From positions 32,001 through 96,000 of the forward strand of contig CAWHXP010000005.1 in NCBI GenBank assembly GCA_963833425.1: a stretch of 64,000 nucleotides of DNA, written 5' to 3'. The DNA is from an uncultured Methanosarcinaceae archaeon (lineage in GTDB: Archaea > Halobacteriota > Methanosarcinia > Methanosarcinales > Methanosarcinaceae). This document shows, piece after piece, positions 57,057 through 64,000 of the stretch. Each line of letters begins with the position of its first letter. Within the stretch, counting starts at the first letter, position 1. The notes under the pieces were generated by a model. It had not been told where the DNA came from, did not search any database, and worked only from the letters and a program-made list of their open reading frames with translations. The position numbers were made by a program, and so were the translations under genes.

Positions 57057-58079
57057 ATGAAAATCGTCCTATAAGTTTTTGAGAATGAATAAAAATATAA
57101 CTACACTTTGTTGACATTATGTAAGAGAATATCTTTATTTGATAAACCTTAAGTCTCGGAAACTTAAAAAAAATATAGGTAAATGGATCCTAAATATAAA
57201 TCAGTAACCGGCTATAAAAAAGTTCCTAGATACAAAATTGGGGATTCATAACAAAAGATTAAAAGAGGATAGATTTTTTTATTTCAGTCGAACATCCCGT
57301 AATCCCATCCCTATGCAAGCTTCTTTCATTCTACTGGATTAAATTGTGAAGTTTTTAAGAGGATGAATCCCAAATTTAAGGTTAAATACATTGCCATTGA
57401 CTTCAATAATATTCTATATTATGGAATTAGAAATGCCTGGTACATAACTAAGAAAATTAAAACTGAAGAATGAACTTCTTGAGATAACCTTTCTGTATTT
57501 TATGCATAAACATAGTTTAACAGTATAAATTCTAAATAGAAACTTTGGTCAAAAATTATAAATTATACAACTCAAAAGACAGATAATAAATATTTAGTAG
57601 AGTCCGGAAATAAGTCAAAAATTAGTTGACCATAATATCACCCAGTTTTTCACAAAAATACCAAAGAGTTTGGTTGCACTAGCGAACTCAAAAAGATATT
57701 ATAAAAAAATTATACCAAACGAGAACACTTGAATATGAGATTGGTATCCTTACTACTCTATTTATTTGATATAAATCCACTTGAATTTATCTGAGTGAAT
57801 ATAAACGGAAGAGATTTTCGAATGAAATAATTGAGTAGATTATGGAACTTATAGAATCATATCAGAGTGAAAATCAGATTTTTATCGAAATTTTCACAGT
57901 ATCAAAAATAAAAATTGGAGATAATCTTTATTTACAGGTATGATGTTTCGGCTAAATTTCCAAAAAACCGGATTCATTTTGAAGACTGCGGAGCTTTGCT
58001 CTCACGAGACAAAGGGAAAAATCGTGGAGTAATCTCAGATAAGGTAAATGATTAAGAAAAAATAGATTTTAAAATTATA

Positions 58080-58420
58080 AATATGTTATTGGGACATACA
58101 AAACAGATGTAAGGACTGAAGTAGCCAATCTTTCACTTATACCTTGGAGCCTATTATCTATTTAAGGTATGTGAACTCTTTGGAATGGTTAAAGATCAGA
58201 TCGAATATGTCAGTGATCCAAGGGTTGACTACGTATATAAGTTTGTCAATGCTAAGTCGAGAATTGGAACTGGAAACTGCGAAGATCAGCAAATTCTCCA
58301 GTTTATACATAAACCATCGATACAAAATACCGAACTGATAAATCTGGTTACTGGTTCTGCTTGACCTGAATTCTATGCTTTATGTAGGCGGACAAGAGCA
58401 ACGGCTCGGGCGAAAGTTTA
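58080..58420 (+). pseudogene. Transglutaminase-like protein remnant
   Basis: VCELFGMVKDQIEYVSDPR and IGTGNCEDQ in broken frames. Confidence 0.5.
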
Positions 58421-58632
58421 GGCTGCTGAAATAAAGAAACCATCCAGGAACTGATCCTTTACAAAAACTAAATAAGTGGAAGTTATAGATATCAATTCCT
58501 GAAGTATTACTAAACATATGTTATGAGTCAGTGCCTATATTGAATTTTATCGTGTCAGTTGTCTAACCCCAGTAAATATTTTGTATTTTTAATCCACACT
58601 CAGTGCTAATTACAGAGGAGTGTTTACAATTT

Positions 58633-59949
58633 ATGGAAGTTCCGGAAATAGAAAGAAATATAGGAATCAGTCTATACTCCACGGATACCGAAGGCCTTGG
58701 TGGGAAGCTCCGCCAGGAAGTGGAGGACTTTATTGTTAAAGAGATCACGAACAGAGAAGAAGGAGAGGAGGGTAAGTATCTTATTCTCGAGCTCATAAAA
58801 CGAAACTGGGATACTCACCACTTAACCAGGACTCTCGCAAAAATACTACAGATTAGCCAGAAGAGGATTAGCATTGCAGGCACAAAAGACAAACGTGCAC
58901 TTACCACGCAAAAAATCAGCATCTTTGACATTGATGCTTCAAGAATTGAAAATATACATTTGAAAGACGTAGAGATAAATGCCTTGGGACGCTCCAAAAA
59001 ATCAATAGAAATTGGAAATCTATGGGGAAATGACTTCATAATTACAATAAGGAATATACCAAGTTCTCCTGAGGAAGCAAAAAAACTTCTAGAAAAAATT
59101 ACAAATGAAATCCTGTTCCAGAGTGGGACCCCCAATTTCTTTGGAATACAGCGTTTCGGTTCTATCCGACCTGTTACCCATCTGGTAGGAAAAGCCATAG
59201 TAGAAGGAGATTTCGAAAAAGCTGCCATGCTTTATATAGCCGAGCCTTTTCCTGATGAACCAGATGAAACAAAAAAAGCTCGTCTTCTAGTTAAAGAGAC
59301 ACGCGATTTTAAGGAAGGACTTAAAACCTATCCACTCCGCCTTGGTCATGAAAGAGCCATGATGAACCATCTGATCGCAAACCCGAATAATTTTGCAGGT
59401 GCCTTCCTAATTCTCCCAAAAAATCTTTACACACTATTTGTACACGGCTACCAATCATATATTTACAATATGATCCTCTGTCGCAGAATCAAAAAAAGCC
59501 TCCCCTTAAATCAGGCTATAGAAGGTGATATTGTCTGTTTCAAAAATAATCTCGGACTTCCAGATTCTTCAAAGACCGAACAAGTTACAGTCGAGACCAT
59601 AGATGCAATGAATCGCCTGATAAAAAAGAAACGGGCCTTCATAACCTCTCCTCTACCAGGCTATAAAACAGAATTTGCTTCAGGCATCCCAGGTAAAATT
59701 GAGCAAGAGGTGATCCAAGAACTCAAAGTCCCTCTAAACGGTTTCAATGTAGAAGAAATTCCTGAAATGAGTTCAAAAGGTATCCGCAGGGAAATACTTA
59801 TGCAAGTGGAGCCAAAATTTGAAGTTGCAGAAGACGATCTGAATCCAGAAAAATCAAAGGTAGTGCTTGAGTTCATGTTACCCAAGGGAAGTTATGCAAC
59901 AACATTACTCAGGGAGTATATGAAAGTAGATCCTTTGTATATGAGCTGA
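58633..59949 (+). CDS. truD: tRNA pseudouridine(13) synthase
   Basis: AGTKDKRA, PNFFGIQRFG and LPKGSYAT motifs; ATG 58633 follows GAGGAG. Confidence 0.95.
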   Translation: MEVPEIERNIGISLYSTDTEGLGGKLRQEVEDFIVKEITNREEGEEGKYLILELIKRNWDTHHLTRTLAKILQISQKRISIAGTKDKRALTTQKISIFDIDASRIENIHLKDVEINALGRSKKSIEIGNLWGNDFIITIRNIPSSPEEAKKLLEKITNEILFQSGTPNFFGIQRFGSIRPVTHLVGKAIVEGDFEKAAMLYIAEPFPDEPDETKKARLLVKETRDFKEGLKTYPLRLGHERAMMNHLIANPNNFAGAFLILPKNLYTLFVHGYQSYIYNMILCRRIKKSLPLNQAIEGDIVCFKNNLGLPDSSKTEQVTVETIDAMNRLIKKKRAFITSPLPGYKTEFASGIPGKIEQEVIQELKVPLNGFNVEEIPEMSSKGIRREILMQVEPKFEVAEDDLNPEKSKVVLEFMLPKGSYATTLLREYMKVDPLYMS

Positions 59950-60501
59950 AAATTAACAGAGTAAACTCTTCAGCTTGAGTGTCGATGGCTCAGACGCTTG
60001 TTTATTTAAAATAGAGTTTTTTGCTCTTTAAAAATATTAGTCATCCACACTTACTGAGTGCCAGAAACTGCTCTAAGAACTGAAGGATAAAAATGAAAAT
60101 GCAAATAACAAAGATCCAGTTCAATTTTTAAAATTATCACGCTAATAAGAGACTTTTCATTAATTTCTTGTATTTAGATTTTAATTCTAAATCTTACAAA
60201 ATAATAAATTTTTTAAGTTCATTGAATTTAATTCTGGTCGTAATCAATTAGGCATTGTACCAAAAGTTTTGTAAAATGTAATTGATTATGTGTCTTTTCT
60301 TTCACTGCAAAAAATGGATTCAGAGTCTATAGTTTTACTGACAAAGCTTCTGTTTTTATTGATTTCATTTATGCATAGTTTTAGACACAAAAACGGTGTA
60401 TTTTGCACTAATTGATGCCTATTATACTTTTTTGTAATTATGAAACTAATAATGAATTCCATGATATAAGATACTGGCTTATTGTGGCTTCATTGAGCAA
60501 A

Positions 60502-60705
60502 TCAACTTTTAATTAAGAAAATTTGAAATTTCCTTTCAATAATGACAAAACTTATTGTTTTAAAAGACTCTACAAAAATATCTATGCCACTTTCCGATTT
60601 ATCTTCTCCTATTGCATAAAAGCCCATAAATGCTATCTTTGTTGCTACTTCTTTTTCATAGCACAAAGAAAATATTTTCAAACAATTATTTGAGTAAGGG
60701 AACAT
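60502..60705 (-). pseudogene. Degenerate minimal nucleotidyltransferase (MNT)
   Basis: GFYAIGEDKSESGIDIFVE resembles the GS..RGE...SDID motif with substitutions. Confidence 0.5.
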
Positions 60706-60988
60706 TCTCTATATTTGTATAAATTTGTAATCATAATCTAAACATATTTTAATTAAAAATCAAGAAAATAATAAGACTAACATTTGTATAAAAAATCCAT
60801 CTAAGATAAATATAGCCAAACTTTATTAGATTAAACAACATCTGAATAACTTCATAATATTTAATTTTTTTTATAATTGCTTATTAATAAATACTTATGA
60901 TTCTAGAGTATATTTATACTACTAACACTATTTAAATTGATAATGGTCTTATTTTAAAGAAAATGACTTATTTAAATGGGGGAAATAA

Positions 60989-62446
60989 ATGTTAAATAAA
61001 CGCAAATTGTATTCTATAACCCTAGTTTCAATAGCTATGGTTTTTATGCTGGCGAGCACCGCAGGTGCAGCGCCATATGCATATATTACAAACACTGGCA
61101 ACAATTCTGTCGGTGTAATTGACACAGGCAATAATACTGGTAACGGCACTGTACCTGTAGGACCTGTAGAATCCAGTCCTTTTGGAGTTGCAGTCGCCAC
61201 TATACCTGTAGGATCTTATCCTATTGCAGATGCAGTCACACCTGATGGAACAAAAGTATATGTGGTGAACGAGAATAGCAACACTGTTTCTGTAATTAAC
61301 GCAGCTACAAATACTGTTAAAGCCACGGTGAATGTAGGAAACGGTCCTGTAGGAGTTGCAGTCACTCCGGATGGAACAAAAGCATATGTAACAAACTACA
61401 ACAGCAACAATGTTTCTGTAATTAACACAACCACAAATCAAGTTATAGAAGCGGTGCCTGTAGGAAATAATCCGTTTGGAGTTGCAGTCAGCCCAGATGG
61501 AACAAAAGCATATGTAACAAACTACGACAGCAACAATGTTTCTGAAATTAACACATCAACTAACAGAGTTACAGCCAATGTGAATGTAGGAAACGCTCCT
61601 TTGGGAGTTGCATTCACACCTGATGGATCAACAGCATATGTAGCGAACAACCATGGTGATACTGTAACTGTAATTAACACAGCAACTAATACTGTTAAAG
61701 CCACGGTGAGTGTAGGACATTATCCTAATATATGTGCAATCACTCCAGATGGAACAAAGGCATATGTGACAAATTTTGGCAGCGGCAATGTCTCTGTAAT
61801 TAACACATCAACTAACACTGTTATAAACGTACCAATAGAAGAACACCGAGTAGTAAACTCAGATGCAAATATATATGCGTCAAACACCGCTAGTGGTATC
61901 TCACCAAAAATAAATGTAGGAGTCGAACCTGCTGGAGCTGCAGTTACCCCAGATGGAACAAAGGTATATGTGGCAAATTTTGGCAGCAACAATGTCTCTG
62001 TAATTGACACCGCTACAAACACTGTTACAGCCACAGTGAGTGGATTTAATGGTCCTAGTTCCTATGGACTGTTTATAGGCCCCGCCGGAACTCCAGCTCT
62101 GGATCTGGTAAAGTTAGCAAATCCAATGATTTATACCGACGAAGGGCAGACAATAACATACACCTACACTGTAAAGAACTCAGGACAAGTGACTCTAACA
62201 GCACCGATAATTGTCACAGATGATAAATTTGGCACAATAATTATACAAAGCACTGGTGTCCTTAGTCCAGGTCAAAGTGTTACAGGACCAGCAGTTACCT
62301 ACCAAATAACAGACAAAGACATTGATAGACGTTCTGTGACTAATTTGGCAACTGCAGAAGGTTCATTAGGAATTAAGAAAATTACTTCAAACTATGCTGC
62401 TGGGGTAGTTCTCTATGAACATCCAGAAGAACATTCACGCTATTAA
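60989..62446 (+). CDS. YVTN beta-propeller surface protein with C-terminal Ig-like (DUF11-like) domain
   Basis: Signal peptide; repeated TPDGTKAYVTN; ITYTYTVKNSG...VTN.ATA. Confidence 0.9.
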   Translation: MLNKRKLYSITLVSIAMVFMLASTAGAAPYAYITNTGNNSVGVIDTGNNTGNGTVPVGPVESSPFGVAVATIPVGSYPIADAVTPDGTKVYVVNENSNTVSVINAATNTVKATVNVGNGPVGVAVTPDGTKAYVTNYNSNNVSVINTTTNQVIEAVPVGNNPFGVAVSPDGTKAYVTNYDSNNVSEINTSTNRVTANVNVGNAPLGVAFTPDGSTAYVANNHGDTVTVINTATNTVKATVSVGHYPNICAITPDGTKAYVTNFGSGNVSVINTSTNTVINVPIEEHRVVNSDANIYASNTASGISPKINVGVEPAGAAVTPDGTKVYVANFGSNNVSVIDTATNTVTATVSGFNGPSSYGLFIGPAGTPALDLVKLANPMIYTDEGQTITYTYTVKNSGQVTLTAPIIVTDDKFGTIIIQSTGVLSPGQSVTGPAVTYQITDKDIDRRSVTNLATAEGSLGIKKITSNYAAGVVLYEHPEEHSRY

Positions 62447-64000
62447 GGAGATTTTGGATCTGAATAGAGGCTATTGAGGTGCTGTTGTACCGCCGGTGAG
62501 GTCTGGTGGTCCTATATAGTCTTATGTATAGTAGTGAACATTATGGGTATGGTAGTGAACCGCCTTGTACAAACAATCTAAAAATAGCAAAACAGAGAAA
62601 AATCACTAAGTGTGAATTAAATAAAAAATAGTCGGATTTCCATTTTTATTAAATGGAAGCGGGGATTGCAACGACGAACTTAGATCCTTGCTTTGATAAT
62701 CCTAAATTGTGGGGGCCTGATGCCCCTGATTATAGTTTCAAAACTAAATCTGAGTTAAGTCGCTGTCGATCTAAAATAAATGTATGGAAATTTTGAAACA
62801 GAATATAGTTAATTATATCGAATTTATGAAAATTCTATAAAATCGATAAAAAAGGAATTGGCTATATTACATTCACGAGTATAATGCAGGGTATCCACTT
62901 CTGAAACAGTGGGTATCCGACATTATAGTCATGAAATGAGACAACAATTAATAGCAGATTTGTAAAACATAAAAGCAAGTTGGACTGGGAATTAACCGCT
63001 TTTGTTCAACATCAATTAGGTATGCGTTTTTCTACATTTTTGAGTTTGTGAGTTAGGTACTAATGAATAAACTAGTAACAGAAAGTTGATATTGAGAATA
63101 TACTTGTATTTATAGCAAAATCTATGTAAGGATCGATATTATATTTATCAATATTTTATCAAATGAGAAAAATGAAGTTATAAAGCACCAAAAGTTTCCT
63201 ATTGGTCTTAAACTTGTAGATGGAGCATAAAAAGAATATCAAAAACACTTCCCCTAGTTCTTTTCTCAAAATCTTTTTATGGCATTGAAAAATTAATTTT
63301 TTGATTCAATTTATTCATATTTTTAGTTTTGTTTAGAGATTATATAATTATTATCCCTTATTTTTCGATTAGGATGGTTTTTAGGCTAATTATTTCCAAG
63401 TATCCCATAGCTCCATATGTTCTATGAGTCCCATAAGCTCCATGAATAATAGATCACAATGTTTTCTTATTTCAGATGGAAATTAAGAAATTCAGAGATC
63501 TGATCCCAAAATCTATGTATAAGTAAAAAAGAAAGACAAAAACTTTGTCAGCATAACAATTAACTCTGAATTCTTTTTCTGTTGTTAAAGAAAGGGATTG
63601 AGAACAATCACATTTTATATAACTTTTGGTAAACTGTCAAATGAATCGCAGAGTCAAAATAATAGCGTATATTCTAATAATTTGTGAATTTAAACCTCTC
63701 ATTGAGGTGTGTATATGATCGAAAACATAAAGCATTTTATGCTATTCGTCAAAGAATATGATGAGGTGCTTGACTTTTAGATTAATAAACTTGGCTTTGT
63801 AAGAATCACATATATTAACCCGACACCAAAATGGCGTTTTTTGTCCGTCGCCCCAAAAAACCAAGTATGAAAATAATTCTCCATTGCCCAACGCATCAAT
63901 GGATGGCAAAGCCGAAGCAGAGAAGCAGGCTGGACTCATAGGGAAAATCGCCTCCTGATGTTTAAAGTAGATGATTGAAGACGTGCAATGAGCTAAGATC

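Noticed and set aside
49918..59885. Opposite-strand ORFs within the aro, guaAA, srp54 and truD genes
   Set aside because: They overlap well-supported core genes.
63742..63939. 65-aa ORF at the window end
   Set aside because: It has a GGAGG upstream but no recognisable family, and its context is cut off by the window edge.

Overview
AT-rich archaeal DNA, most likely Methanosarcina (homocitrate-synthase family gene, archaeal aroA'/aroB' pathway, srp54, YVTN surface protein). It has three zones. (1) About 1-17 kb is an eroded accessory region with IS110 and IS5 relics, MITEs and pseudogenes. (2) About 17.4-42.3 kb is an island of two related integrative elements in tandem. The intact-looking one (about 26.1-42.3 kb) has a tyrosine integrase, a divergent regulator pair and a bacterial/phage-type family A DNA polymerase module (putative SSB, PolA, iteron-like repeats, wHTH), and ends at a 17-bp tRNA 3'-end att-like site. 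Each element carries an NLR-like cargo: Trypco2 / trypsin-TIR / TIR-STAND-TPR in one, Trypco1 / trypsin-NB-ARC-WD40 / CHAT remnant in the other. The trypsin-TIR and TIR-STAND-TPR proteins share a 36-aa motif with amyloid-signalling-like features, and two inverted orphan TPR tails lie upstream of their operon. (3) About 43-64 kb holds stress-type small genes and core genes (tyrA, aroE, aroD, aroB', aroA', guaAA, srp54, truD). All calls come from reading motifs by eye; no searches were run, and pseudogene and repeat boundaries are approximate.
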